Shown here piece by piece: positions 44,810-54,171 of a DNA stretch of 64,000 nt. This stretch comes from a virus (lineage: Duplodnaviria > Caudoviricetes): the IMG/VR virus record IMGVR_UViG_3300005683_000073, positions 531-64,530 of that record. One strand, written 5' to 3'. Positions within the stretch are counted from its first letter, which is position 1, and every line of letters begins with the position of its first letter. A program made the translations under genes and the position numbers. The notes beneath the pieces were generated by a model. The model worked only from the letters and a program-made list of their open reading frames with translations, was not told the origin of the DNA and did no database searches.

Positions 44810-46600
44810 TCCTGCTGCCCACGTCGGCGGGACCGCCATGATCTCTCCGATCGCAGCGGCGTATCGGTCAGCCTGCGCCTCGGGGACCACATAGTCAAGC
44901 TCGTCGTGGACCTGCAGGACAGGCTGTAAACCAAGCTCTTTCCGGATCGTCAGCATGTTCTCCATGACGACGATGCGGGCCAGCGCCTGCACGATGTTCT
45001 CGGTGAGCTTGCCGCCGAACAGCTTTCTCCACTCGTTCCCGAAACGGTACCACCACTCGTCGTTCTCGTGAGTGAGGTCGTTGTAGTACATCGGCATGCC
45101 GTTGGGCAGGATCACCATGCCCTTGGTCAGGGCGACGGGGCCGATCTCAGCCTTGCCACCCGTCCCGGCGAGGATCCTGATCTTGCGGTCCAGCGACCAC
45201 CACAGCTCGGGGATCTCCCGGTAGGTGTCTCGGTACACGCTCACGAAACGCTGTGCCTCGGTGAGCGGCACCTTGACCCCATCCTTGTTCAGGGTGGTCT
45301 TGAGCTTGTCGGCCCCCATGCCGTAGCCGAGGCCGAGGATGCAGGTCTTGCCGACGAAGCGGCGAGCGTCGTCCTCCGCGCTGCGCCCCTTGACCACCTC
45401 GACCTTGTACGCACGAGTGGCGAACGCCGAGTACACGTCTGCCTTGGCAGCGAACAGGTCTACGAGGATCTTGCACTCGGCCAGCCACGACACGATGCGC
45501 GCCTCGATCTGCGAGAGGTCAGCGGCCATCACGACGTGGCCCTTCGGGGCCTTCATGGCGTAGCGGATCTGCGCCCTACCGAGTTTCTTCACCACGCGCG
45601 GCGGGTTCTGCATGTTGATCTTCTGCGTGCCGCCATACCGACCCGTGTGAGCGGCGTAGTAGTTGAGCGGCACGCGGAGCTTCCCGAACTTCAGGGCGAT
45701 GTCCAGCAGCCTGCCAGCGCGCGTCTCCTGAATCGTGGACTTCACACCGATCCGTGCCTCCAGCAGGAGGGAGACCAGCGGGTCGTCCTCGTACTCCTCA
45801 CGCATCGCCTTGAACTCGGGGTCGCCCTTGGCAAAGGCGTAGGTCGGCTTGCCAGTGGTGAGGGAAATCTTCATCGGGGGATCGACCCCGACGCCCCGCA
45901 GCAGGTCGGCGAACTTGTCGTTCGACATCAGCACGTCCTTCGTGGCGATGCCCGACAGCTTCTGCAACAGCTCGGCCTTCTTGTTGATCTCGACCTGCTT
46001 GGCCTCGGCGAGCAGCTTGGCGTCCAGCTCCAGCTTCGGTTCCAGATACATGCGGTGAGTCATGTCCATGATCTGGAACTCGGAGCGGGGGAACAGCGGC
46101 TTCAGGTGCTTGAACAGCCGGTAGGTTCCTTCCACGTCGGTGCAGCAGTACTCGGCGTAGCGTTCCAGCTCCTGCCGGGACAGCGAGGCGTAGCTCCTGC
46201 CAAGCATGTTGTGAACTTCCTCGCCCTTGCGAAGCCCGTCGAAGTCGCAGTACTCAAGGCAGTACTTGAGGCCGATGCGAGGGATGAAGGGCCGCAGGTG
46301 CGCCTGCGCCATGCTGATCGTGTCGAAGATCACACCGGGCCGCAGGCCGTAGCGTTCCTGCAGGATCGTGGCGTCGAACATGGCGTTGTGGCACACGATG
46401 CCGGAGTTGGGGATGTCCAGCCCTTCGAGGAACGGCTTCACCGCCTTGCCATGCACCCAATTCACCGGGCCATCGTTCACCTTCGCTGCCACGAGGATGA
46501 CGTGGAAGCGAGGGTCCGCGATGTACTCCTCGGTGGACATCTTCGACAGGGAGAACTCCCGGTCGTAGTACGTCTCAAAGTCGAGCGTGACGATCTTCAA
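44756..46600 (-). CDS. family A DNA polymerase with 3'-5' exonuclease
   Basis: ExoI DFET, ExoII HNAMFD, ExoIII YCCTD; HTGRYGG; motif A ADLSQIEARI; motif B RFVGKTCILGLGYG; motif C VHDEL; TTG start. Confidence 0.95.
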   Translation of the reverse strand: MKIVTLDFETYYDREFSLSKMSTEEYIADPRFHVILVAAKVNDGPVNWVHGKAVKPFLEGLDIPNSGIVCHNAMFDATILQERYGLRPGVIFDTISMAQAHLRPFIPRIGLKYCLEYCDFDGLRKGEEVHNMLGRSYASLSRQELERYAEYCCTDVEGTYRLFKHLKPLFPRSEFQIMDMTHRMYLEPKLELDAKLLAEAKQVEINKKAELLQKLSGIATKDVLMSNDKFADLLRGVGVDPPMKISLTTGKPTYAFAKGDPEFKAMREEYEDDPLVSLLLEARIGVKSTIQETRAGRLLDIALKFGKLRVPLNYYAAHTGRYGGTQKINMQNPPRVVKKLGRAQIRYAMKAPKGHVVMAADLSQIEARIVSWLAECKILVDLFAAKADVYSAFATRAYKVEVVKGRSAEDDARRFVGKTCILGLGYGMGADKLKTTLNKDGVKVPLTEAQRFVSVYRDTYREIPELWWSLDRKIRILAGTGGKAEIGPVALTKGMVILPNGMPMYYNDLTHENDEWWYRFGNEWRKLFGGKLTENIVQALARIVVMENMLTIRKELGLQPVLQVHDELDYVVPEAQADRYAAAIGEIMAVPPTWAAGLPVAAEVNYGPTFGDCK

Positions 46601-47466
46601 CGGAAGTACCCCTTGAGCTTCTCCATGAGCGAGGGCCGAACCTCGGCAGGTGCCGCCACGATCGCGTCGCGCAGCTCCTCGGGCGTCGGGCCACCGGGGA
46701 GTACCGGAGGCGGCGGGGCCGTAACACGCACCCTGTGAGCATCGACGAACGAGCGCGCCTGCTTGGCCTCCTCGCGCATCTTGTCAAGTTCGGCGTAGTC
46801 GCTCCAGACATGATCAGCCAGCGCCTGACCGTGGGTCGGAGTGCGAGTGTCGAGCCTGATGTTCATGCCGCTAAGGGTGGCCATCCTTCCGGTCACAAGA
46901 GACTTCATGACCTGCGGGCCAGCGCCGTACATCTGGGCCAGAGACGCCTGCTTCATCAACTGGCGCTGAGCGGCAGCGGAGGCGGAAGCGTTCATGAGCT
47001 GCGACTGCTGGCCAAGGCCGAGAGCGGAGTTGTACACGCCCATCTGGGCACGCATTTGCTCCATCTTGTCCTGCGCCTCGTACTTCGACTTCTCGCGCAG
47101 CACAGCCAGCTCGTCCTCGGTCAGCGCCTCGGGCGCAGAGACAGGGATGATCTCGCTCCAGCCGCAGCCCTTGCAGGCCACCGTGACCAGCGCGCGATAG
47201 TTGCGCAGCGGGTCCTCGCTGTACGAGACGTGAAGTTTCCGTGCCGCAACCAGCTCATCGTCCTCCTGCTCCTGACAGGCAGGGCAGAACATCACCTGCT
47301 GGTTTTCCTCGACCTCGGGCATGCACTCCCGCCGCACAATGTGGAAGTCGCGGTACTCCCGCTTGAACACTTCCTTGGGGTACAAGTCGTCGGCGGCGCG
47401 GGGACGGATCCGGGTCAGCCGTGCGCGGCGGAGTTCCCGCCCTTGCTCACTGTCGTAGTCATTCAT
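46597..47466 (-). CDS. hypothetical protein with zinc ribbon (289 aa)
   Basis: CPAC and CKGC motifs, Q/A-rich middle. Confidence 0.7.
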   Translation of the reverse strand: MNDYDSEQGRELRRARLTRIRPRAADDLYPKEVFKREYRDFHIVRRECMPEVEENQQVMFCPACQEQEDDELVAARKLHVSYSEDPLRNYRALVTVACKGCGWSEIIPVSAPEALTEDELAVLREKSKYEAQDKMEQMRAQMGVYNSALGLGQQSQLMNASASAAAQRQLMKQASLAQMYGAGPQVMKSLVTGRMATLSGMNIRLDTRTPTHGQALADHVWSDYAELDKMREEAKQARSFVDAHRVRVTAPPPPVLPGGPTPEELRDAIVAAPAEVRPSLMEKLKGYFR

Positions 47467-47647
47467 GGAATCCTGCCCTCCTCAGTCGTGACATTGTGTT
47501 GCGAAGCGCCCGATGGTCCGACTCTGTACACCCGCACACAATCAGGTGCCTGCCGTCTGGGGAGTACATCTTGATATGCTTGTGCTTCTCGATTCTCCAC
47601 CCCTGCTGACGCAGCCGTGGCAGCAGCTCACGCAGTGCGGTGCTCAC
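47459..47647 (-). CDS. HicA-like dsRBD-fold protein (62 aa)
   Basis: LRQQGWRIE...KHIKMYSPDG...ESDHRALRNTMSRLRRAG. Confidence 0.6.
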   Translation of the reverse strand: MSTALRELLPRLRQQGWRIEKHKHIKMYSPDGRHLIVCGCTESDHRALRNTMSRLRRAGFHE

Positions 47648-48204
47648 TTGGCGTACCTCTTCATCAGGAAGCTAACCCACTGGATGGTGCTGACTTCCAG
47701 CTCGTCGAGAGAACCGTAGTTCTTCACCACGCCAGTGATGAGGTTGCGGGAGACGCCCGCCTCGGACGAGTGCGCAGCAACGGGAGCCACGCCCTCGCGG
47801 TCGATGCGCCACACGGTACCGCCTGCCTCGATGATAGCGGCGGCTTCGTTGTCGAAGCGCACGTCGGTCACGACCATGCGCGGCGATAGCGAGTGCCGCA
47901 CCTCGTCCCATTTGCGCAGCATGAGCTTCACCCAGAGATCCGGGTGAACTAGCTGCCGCCCCCACTCTGTGCCAAGGGTCTGGGCAACCTGCCGGGGGGA
48001 TTTACCAAGCCAAGGGATAACCGCTTCCTTACGCTGGCGGTCGTCCCACACACCGAGGTCGATGCCGAGCATCGCCTCCAGCCCCTTCTTGAGAGGCATG
48101 GCGAGCGTGTAGCGTGTGAAGCCACAGTTCGCCATGTGGCGGGCAACGGTGTCCTTGCCACAGCCTGCTGGACCGCAGAGACCGATCAGGATCTGTTTGC
48201 TCAT
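47644..48204 (-). CDS. deoxynucleoside monophosphate kinase
   Basis: GLCGPAGCGKDT, A.PLK, RQVAQTLGTEWGR, VVTDVRFDNE, HSSE. Confidence 0.92.
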   Translation of the reverse strand: MSKQILIGLCGPAGCGKDTVARHMANCGFTRYTLAMPLKKGLEAMLGIDLGVWDDRQRKEAVIPWLGKSPRQVAQTLGTEWGRQLVHPDLWVKLMLRKWDEVRHSLSPRMVVTDVRFDNEAAAIIEAGGTVWRIDREGVAPVAAHSSEAGVSRNLITGVVKNYGSLDELEVSTIQWVSFLMKRYAK

Positions 48205-48488
48205 CGGGTTGAGTCCTTGCGCAATACGAACTTCTTGTGGAGAAGCATCGCGGCGAGACAGCCGGTGCCGCCGCCGAGGCCGAGTGCTAGTACGAGCCAT
48301 GCGTCCATCCCGTGCTTGGCGATTGTGTACACAACGTAGACCTCGAAGAATGCCATTGCATTGGAGGTCAGCACGACCAACCCGTAGTTGTCGTGGATCA
48401 CGTTGCGCTGCTGAAATGCCTTGAGGCCGATGAACACGAAGTTCGCACCGGCCACGGCGAAGAACCCGATGATAGCGGTCAGCGACAC
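48201..48488 (-). CDS. small multi-pass membrane protein (95 aa)
   Basis: Three hydrophobic segments; LKAFQQRNV and GLGGGTG motifs; GTG start inferred. Confidence 0.7.
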   Translation of the reverse strand: MSLTAIIGFFAVAGANFVFIGLKAFQQRNVIHDNYGLVVLTSNAMAFFEVYVVYTIAKHGMDAWLVLALGLGGGTGCLAAMLLHKKFVLRKDSTR

Positions 48489-48739
48489 GCAGCGACCTTG
48501 GCGACGTGCGAGGTCTTGTCCACCGCACATGCCGCTTCCCACGATGCGTTCCATCGCGTGGTCTCCCAATACTCTTTGGGAGCAGGCGTGTCGCGCGTGT
48601 GCAGGAAAGCGAACTGCATCGACGGGCGCATCGCGTAGTACATCGCGTTGAACACCCGCTGCGCTTCGTTCGACCACTGGCCCCATTGCTTCTTCGGGAC
48701 CTTGTGCTTGTTGGATACCGGACGGCCTTTGCGAGTCAT
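48479..48739 (-). CDS. hypothetical protein (86 aa)
   Basis: ATG after AAGGAG; Trp-rich. Confidence 0.7.
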   Translation of the reverse strand: MTRKGRPVSNKHKVPKKQWGQWSNEAQRVFNAMYYAMRPSMQFAFLHTRDTPAPKEYWETTRWNASWEAACAVDKTSHVAKVAACR

Positions 48740-48800
48740 TGGATCTCCTTGTGTCAGTGTGCCCCGTATCGTGGGTGCTGACGCACCTGACTTGTCGCCT

Positions 48801-48828
48801 AGTATGCCCATCTTTCGGAACAAGTCAA
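48801..48828 (-). promoter_or_regulatory. sigma70-like promoter for the replication genes
   Basis: Minus strand TTGACT - 16 nt - CATACT, just downstream of a terminator. Confidence 0.55.
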
Positions 48829-48843
48829 GTGGGTACAGCAGAC

Positions 48844-48884
48844 AAAAAAGGGGGCGGCAAAGTCTCAGGACTTTGCCGCCCCTT
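48844..48884 (-). terminator. strong intrinsic terminator
   Basis: GGGGCGGCAAAGTC / GACTTTGCCGCCCC 14-bp stem with a 4-nt loop, followed by T6 on the minus strand. Confidence 0.85.
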
Positions 48885-48897
48885 AACAGCCTGTTAA
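48883..48897. promoter_or_regulatory. 15-bp palindromic operator-like site 1
   Basis: TTAACAGCCTGTTAA. Confidence 0.75.
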
Positions 48898-48898
48898 G

Positions 48899-49687
48899 TC
48901 ATCCCATGAAGTTGACTTCCAATGGCCAGCGGTTATGCACTGCGTCCTCCTTGGTGTACACCTCGGGGAGACACAGCGACTCGGTGAGCCGATCGTCGTA
49001 CCACTGCAGCGTCTCGGGCGTCCACTCGTCCTTGAGGCCGAGCAGCTTGTAGTTGCCCTTGGCATCGTCCCAGTCGGAGCTGCGCTCCAGCACTGCCTCC
49101 GGATACGGCGACCTGACTTTCGCCTCCGCGAGCTTCTGCTGCGCCCGCTCCGTCAGCAGCGACTTGACCTGCGGCCACACGCGCACCGCCTGACCAAGGG
49201 TGTTGCAGACATCGAACAGCAGTATGAACTTGGCCAGCACCTCCGCTGTCTCCGACTGGTGCGTGAGCCAGTTCCGCGCCCACTCCACGAGACCGTCCTG
49301 CATGTCCTTCGGCAGGGAAGTCAACTCGAACCGATGTATCGGGACGCCCCGGTAGACCGTCGTGGTCGGCATAGGCTCTGCGTTGGGGAGGTTGAGCGTG
49401 AGGAACTTCGCCTCGTGGATCTGCCCGTTTTTCGTGGTGATAGCGACTGGTCGGTCGAACACCACATTGACCTTGGATGTGCGCTCCAGACACGACGGCA
49501 TGGTCATGTCCAGAAGCTGGATCGCCTTGTGCTGCCCATCTGTGAGCAGCGCATCGCGAATGTCCTTGGGTTCGAAGGGGTGTGGGGCCAGCAAGCGCCA
49601 GCGGTTGTACATCAGCCACGTCCCGTGCTGGAGCAACTGCTCACTGGTGAAGTCCTTGATGTTCTGCAGTCTATGTCCGCGACTCAT
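48899..49687 (-). CDS. hypothetical protein (262 aa), distant paralogue of 49684-50433
   Basis: ATG at 49687 overlaps the upstream stop; shares W-x16-K-x17-WP[EQ]V. Confidence 0.75.
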   Translation of the reverse strand: MSRGHRLQNIKDFTSEQLLQHGTWLMYNRWRLLAPHPFEPKDIRDALLTDGQHKAIQLLDMTMPSCLERTSKVNVVFDRPVAITTKNGQIHEAKFLTLNLPNAEPMPTTTVYRGVPIHRFELTSLPKDMQDGLVEWARNWLTHQSETAEVLAKFILLFDVCNTLGQAVRVWPQVKSLLTERAQQKLAEAKVRSPYPEAVLERSSDWDDAKGNYKLLGLKDEWTPETLQWYDDRLTESLCLPEVYTKEDAVHNRWPLEVNFMG

Positions 49688-50433
49688 GGTAGGTCCTCGT
49701 CGAATGAAGGGTACAGCCCGACCCACTGCATGGGGTAGGGGCCTTTGGGCAGCATGATTGCTGCGGCGAGCATGCTGGTGAACTCGTCCATCTCTCCCCC
49801 CTCGCCTAGAGGGAACGTGGACAGGATCTTCCGCCGGAGCTTGGGGATGCGAGTGCTGCGGGCCGCAGCCCTCACAGCCGCCTTCTCTGGCACGATGCCG
49901 GGGACTGCGCCGACCACCTCGGGCCACGCGAGCGCGAACTCAGAAGGGTTCTGAATGTCGCCCACTGCCTTGTAGACCTTGAGGGTGAAGTGGTCTATGC
50001 GCTCCTCCATCCGGTTCGCTGCGTTGTACCAATCGAGCAGCGGCTTGTTGCAACGCAGGGCCTCGGACAGTTGGAAGGCACCAACCACGTGGAAGGCACC
50101 CCAACCATGTGGGCTTACCACCTGATGGTCGAACCGGATCCAGAAGATCGCCCGGTCCGAGTCGTCTGTCATGGCGTCCAGTTCAGTCTGGGAGTTGAGC
50201 AGGAAATGGACGATAGGTCCCCTGTGTGTGCAGGCAACCATGTTGCGGTAGGCCAGCCCCCGACGTTTGAAGTCCGTCGGGAGCGGATCGAACAGCCAGT
50301 CGGCCAGCTTGGACTCCGGGAACGCCCCCCGATACACCTCCTTCACGTCAAGGGGGAACTCGATTGTGTGCCTCAGCCGTGGCAACAGCCCGGTGAGGGT
50401 CGTCCGTGCATGCTGGCGGAATGCCTCACTCAT
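49684..50433 (-). CDS. hypothetical protein (249 aa), distant paralogue of 48899-49687
   Basis: Coupled ORF; same W-x16-K-x17-WPEV pattern. Confidence 0.75.
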   Translation of the reverse strand: MSEAFRQHARTTLTGLLPRLRHTIEFPLDVKEVYRGAFPESKLADWLFDPLPTDFKRRGLAYRNMVACTHRGPIVHFLLNSQTELDAMTDDSDRAIFWIRFDHQVVSPHGWGAFHVVGAFQLSEALRCNKPLLDWYNAANRMEERIDHFTLKVYKAVGDIQNPSEFALAWPEVVGAVPGIVPEKAAVRAAARSTRIPKLRRKILSTFPLGEGGEMDEFTSMLAAAIMLPKGPYPMQWVGLYPSFDEDLP

Positions 50434-51715
50434 ACTCGGACATCTCCACCTTGACCCTCTCGCCGAAGGGTGGCTCCACGTCCTCCGTCATTACCCAGAT
50501 GACTGGGTAAGGCGGCGGCTCGTCCGGGAAGCTGCCGTAACCGTCGGTGAAGTAGATCAGCAGCACCGGGTTGATCCCCAGTTCCTCGACCTTCTCGAAC
50601 ACCGGCTCGAAGCTCGTGCCGCCACCGCCAGTCATTTCCGGACGCGACTGGTGAATGTCGTGGTAGCTCGGCAGCTCGTGGACGTTGTGGACAGCCGCAT
50701 CGCACGCCATGAGCCACAGTTTCTCGGGCTTGCAGTTCATGATGATGTCCGAGAACTCCGCCCACGAGGCGTCGAACTCCTTCTGCCCCATGCTGCCGGA
50801 GGTGTCCGTGGCGCACACGATCTCGCCCGCCCCGAAGCCCGTGTAGCTCGGCAGGTAGATCTTCTGCGTGACCAGCCTACGACGGTGCGGGGAAGTCCAA
50901 GTCGTGGACTCACGGCTCACAATGCGTGTCACGAGCAGGCGCAGGCGCTCCTTCCAGTTGACCTGCGGGTGCAGGGTCTCCTCCACCCACCGCTCAAGGG
51001 CCGCAGGCATCTTGCCCATCGCCTTCGCTTGGTGAACCGCAGTCGCGATGGCGCGCTTCATCTCGGCCTCCGCGATCTTGGCAGGCTCGTAGACGTGCGT
51101 GTCCATCGGCGTCTTGCCGCCCATTCCCTCCTTGCTTGCGTTACCGTTGGATCCCTCCGGCGGTTGATCGTCGGGCTGGCCTCCACCCTGCCCATCCTTC
51201 GGATCGCCTTCACCCTTGCCCCCGCCGCTGCCTCCTTGCGGAGGCGGAGGTGGCTGCTGCTTCATGAGTTCCCGATACACGTCCTCAACCAGCATGTCGC
51301 CCGTGTACTTCCGATCGAGCAGCCCGTCCTTCGGCATGCGCCCGATGCCCGACTTGGTGAGCATGTCGTTTATGACGTAATCGGCTGCGACGTTGTACAC
51401 GCCACGGTCGAACGGCTGGCCTTCGAAGCCGAGGTCGAGCCACTTCTTGCCCCGGTCCATGTGCATCCACATGCCGTGAGCGATCTCGTGGCAGCAGAGG
51501 AACACGGCCTCCGGCAGATCGAGGCTGGCGAGGAAGTCCTCGTCGAACCAGATCGTCTTGCCGTTGGTCCCTGCTGTGTCGATGCCACGGAACTTGCCGA
51601 CCTTCGTGGTCATCACGTCCAGCAGCAGCGACGCGAAGAATGGGGTGTGCAAGAGCATCCCCGTCCGCATCTCTGTGAATCGCTTCTCAGCGAGTGGGTT
51701 GGTGCATTCGCTCAT
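50426..51715 (-). CDS. metallopeptidase-vWA protein (DUF2201-like)
   Basis: TAGTNG, HEIAH (HExxH), NVAADYVIN, MIDAS DTSGS, GGGGTSF, IYFTDGYG. Confidence 0.9.
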   Translation of the reverse strand: MSECTNPLAEKRFTEMRTGMLLHTPFFASLLLDVMTTKVGKFRGIDTAGTNGKTIWFDEDFLASLDLPEAVFLCCHEIAHGMWMHMDRGKKWLDLGFEGQPFDRGVYNVAADYVINDMLTKSGIGRMPKDGLLDRKYTGDMLVEDVYRELMKQQPPPPPQGGSGGGKGEGDPKDGQGGGQPDDQPPEGSNGNASKEGMGGKTPMDTHVYEPAKIAEAEMKRAIATAVHQAKAMGKMPAALERWVEETLHPQVNWKERLRLLVTRIVSRESTTWTSPHRRRLVTQKIYLPSYTGFGAGEIVCATDTSGSMGQKEFDASWAEFSDIIMNCKPEKLWLMACDAAVHNVHELPSYHDIHQSRPEMTGGGGTSFEPVFEKVEELGINPVLLIYFTDGYGSFPDEPPPYPVIWVMTEDVEPPFGERVKVEMSEYE

Positions 51716-52226
51716 TCTGGATCTCCTTCTTCCTTAGCAGCCTGCTAACTGCGTTGATGTTGGTGGGGTAGACGAACCAGCACTTGTCGGTCTGGAGCGC
51801 CATGATAGTGGCACCCGGAACGACGTTGACGGAGGTGCGTGTTCTCCATACGACGGCCTGACGCTTGTCATCGGCTCCGTACACGATTGACCTGAGCGCC
51901 TTGAGGCCGAGGGCTTCCATGATTGCGCCGAACGACGATGCGGGCGACACAGTGACAGGGTAGCTCACCCCAACCATGCAGAGAGTCCCGATGACTTCCT
52001 CCACATACTCAGGGCGAACCACGAACGCTGCCGCCTTGAACGCCTGCACGTCGCGCCACAGGAAGCGTTCCCACTGGTAGATGGGCTTGAGCGTCCCGTC
52101 GGCGTTGCACATAGCCGTGCCTCGGTACTTCTTCTCGACGTTCTCGGAGATGAACAAGGCGAAGTCATCCTTGGACATCCCCGAGTCGATGCGCTTCAGC
52201 CGATGCTTGAGGCTGACGAGCATCAC
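51687..52226 (-). CDS. hypothetical protein (179 aa)
   Basis: GTGA-coupled ORF. Confidence 0.65.
   Translation of the reverse strand: MMLVSLKHRLKRIDSGMSKDDFALFISENVEKKYRGTAMCNADGTLKPIYQWERFLWRDVQAFKAAAFVVRPEYVEEVIGTLCMVGVSYPVTVSPASSFGAIMEALGLKALRSIVYGADDKRQAVVWRTRTSVNVVPGATIMALQTDKCWFVYPTNINAVSRLLRKKEIQNERMHQPTR
51734..51748. promoter_or_regulatory. 15-bp palindromic operator-like site 2
   Basis: TTAGCAGCCTGCTAA, 18 nt upstream of the vWA gene start. Confidence 0.75.
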
Positions 52227-53542
52227 GGCGTGGCCGTCGCAATGCGCCGCATCTTCTCCAGCGCGTCCTGAGCGTAGGCCCCGACCTGTGCCCTGAGCGT
52301 GGGCTGCTTGCGCAGCTCATCCACCTCGTGCTTGGTGAGGTACTGCTCCACATACTGCTGGAGTTCCCGGATGCGCGGATCGTCCGTCACGTTCAGGTGC
52401 TTGAGTTGGTTGCTCACCTGCCGCACGTTATCCACGAGCGTGTAGTGAAACAGCTTGTCCGGGTGCGACAGCCGCTCCGCCATCCTGCCGATCGCCTCGT
52501 GCGCCCGCACCCACAGATCCTGCATGGCGTTCTCCACCATCTGCCGGGTCTTGCTCTGGAGAGCATTGGCGAGCGCATCGCACTGCTGCTGCGGCAGACC
52601 CTTGAAGTCCATGCCCTGCGGGATGGGCTGGAAGTCGAAGGTCAGGTCGAAGTAGTTGCGGATCGACTCCGCATGCGGGTACTCGGTCGGGTCGAACGAG
52701 CCCTGCAACTTCTTCTGCGCTTCCTGCACGAGGTGCGGGTAGAGCGGGACGAACTTGTCGAGCGCGGCGATCATTTCAGCCTTGCAGTTCCCCATCTCAG
52801 TGACGAACTCGAAGAACTGCGTGTTGGGCATGATGCGAGCGCCCGACCGGCGACCAACGTCCTCCAGTCCGGTCGTCGTCCACGGCAAGGTCATCGCGTA
52901 GTACTTCGCCCTTGCCGTGTCGATCGCCTTGTGGATCGCCTTCAGCTCGGTGTCCGCGCCAGCGAGCAGCCGCTTGCGGGTCTCGAACGCATCCTCATCG
53001 GCACCCGTGGCTGCCGCCGCATTGCGGCTCGCCTGCCGGTCCTTGACCTTCGCGTGCCAACGCTTGGTGTTCAGAGTCACCATCGTGGCGAAGTTGCGAA
53101 GGTCGAGCGCCGCTGCGATCTCGTCCGAGGTGAACGTCGGCATCGGCACAGGCGGTAGCGTGTAGTCCGTGCTGTCCGGAGCCGCTTCGGGCTGCGGGGC
53201 CTCGGGCATCTGAGCAGGAAACGCATCGAGCTGGCCCGACTGCTGCGGCTGGATCTCCAGTGCGTCGGTTAACAGGCTGTTAAGGTCCTTCGGCGCATCG
53301 TCAGCGGACAGGCTGTCGATGTCGGCGTCGATAATGCCTTGGTTCACCTTCTCCTTGTCGGCAGCGGACAGGTCATAGAAGGGTACGCCGCCGTACGTCT
53401 TGGGTTCGTCTGTGATCAGCGGCTCCAGCTCGGATTTCGGCTCCTCGACAGGTGCCGAAATGATAGTTGGTGCAGCAGTGGGGAGCGGCTTGCTGTCGTC
53501 GAGAATGTCGGCGAGCAGATCGTCGAGGTTGAAGTCAGTCAT
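52223..53542 (-). CDS. DUF3150-like protein with acidic disordered N-terminus
   Basis: KRLLAG, YYAMTLPW, GARIMP, F...YP, FDPTEYP..ESIRNYF...F.FQPIP. Confidence 0.7.
   Translation of the reverse strand: MTDFNLDDLLADILDDSKPLPTAAPTIISAPVEEPKSELEPLITDEPKTYGGVPFYDLSAADKEKVNQGIIDADIDSLSADDAPKDLNSLLTDALEIQPQQSGQLDAFPAQMPEAPQPEAAPDSTDYTLPPVPMPTFTSDEIAAALDLRNFATMVTLNTKRWHAKVKDRQASRNAAAATGADEDAFETRKRLLAGADTELKAIHKAIDTARAKYYAMTLPWTTTGLEDVGRRSGARIMPNTQFFEFVTEMGNCKAEMIAALDKFVPLYPHLVQEAQKKLQGSFDPTEYPHAESIRNYFDLTFDFQPIPQGMDFKGLPQQQCDALANALQSKTRQMVENAMQDLWVRAHEAIGRMAERLSHPDKLFHYTLVDNVRQVSNQLKHLNVTDDPRIRELQQYVEQYLTKHEVDELRKQPTLRAQVGAYAQDALEKMRRIATATP
53269..53283. promoter_or_regulatory. 15-bp palindromic operator-like site 3 (intragenic)
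   Basis: TTAACAGGCTGTTAA inside the 52223-53542 CDS. Confidence 0.7.
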
Positions 53543-53693
53543 TGAGTTTCTCCTTCCTTGCCTGTAGGGCCTTGCGGTCTTTCTCGCTCATGAGCCACTC
53601 GCAGAGTATCGTGAGCAAGATGAGTGCCGTGCAGATGATGGCTACGAGGATTTCCCGCACGACGTGGGAAACCGCCATGAACAGCCGGATCAC
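53535..53693 (-). CDS. small membrane peptide (52 aa)
   Basis: GTGA-coupled; ILVAIICTALILLTILCEWL hydrophobic stretch. Confidence 0.6.
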   Translation of the reverse strand: MIRLFMAVSHVVREILVAIICTALILLTILCEWLMSEKDRKALQARKEKLND

Positions 53694-53860
53694 CAGCGGT
53701 TCTCGTTGCGACGCAGCTCGATCTCCTTGCGGAGCCGTTCCAGTTCGCGTTCGGAAGCCCGGTGTTCCGCCGCTGTGCGCCTGAAGCGCCGTTGGGCCTG
53801 CTCCAACTCCATCTCCAAGCGCCAGAGTGGGAGCCTGCGTTCGAGCCGTTGGACGTTCAC
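53690..53860 (-). CDS. small coiled-coil protein (56 aa)
   Basis: GTGA-coupled; MNVQRLERRLPLWRLEMELEQAQRR... Confidence 0.6.
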   Translation of the reverse strand: MNVQRLERRLPLWRLEMELEQAQRRFRRTAAEHRASERELERLRKEIELRRNENRW

Positions 53861-54171
53861 TTGGTCATTACCTCCATTGCCTTCTTGTGGATGTAGGCAT
53901 CCACGGTCTTGTCATCGAGGCGCAGCACTGGGCTGGCCTCACCTTCGACGAAGTGTCCTGTCAGCAGGGGAATATCGTCGAACTTGCTGTTACACCATGG
54001 GACGAGCCGCACCTCGAAGCAATCCTTGCCGTTCCAGTGGCGAAACTCCGTCACGATCGCCCCGGTCTTGGATGCTGCGAAGCAACGCAGTCCCGACTCC
54101 TTGGTGCCACATCGTGCGGCTTCACTGCGCGCACGCCCCTTGACTTCCCCGTAGAACTGGGACCATGCCAT
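53857..54171 (-). CDS. hypothetical protein (104 aa)
   Basis: TAATG-coupled ORF. Confidence 0.7.
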   Translation of the reverse strand: MAWSQFYGEVKGRARSEAARCGTKESGLRCFAASKTGAIVTEFRHWNGKDCFEVRLVPWCNSKFDDIPLLTGHFVEGEASPVLRLDDKTVDAYIHKKAMEVMTK

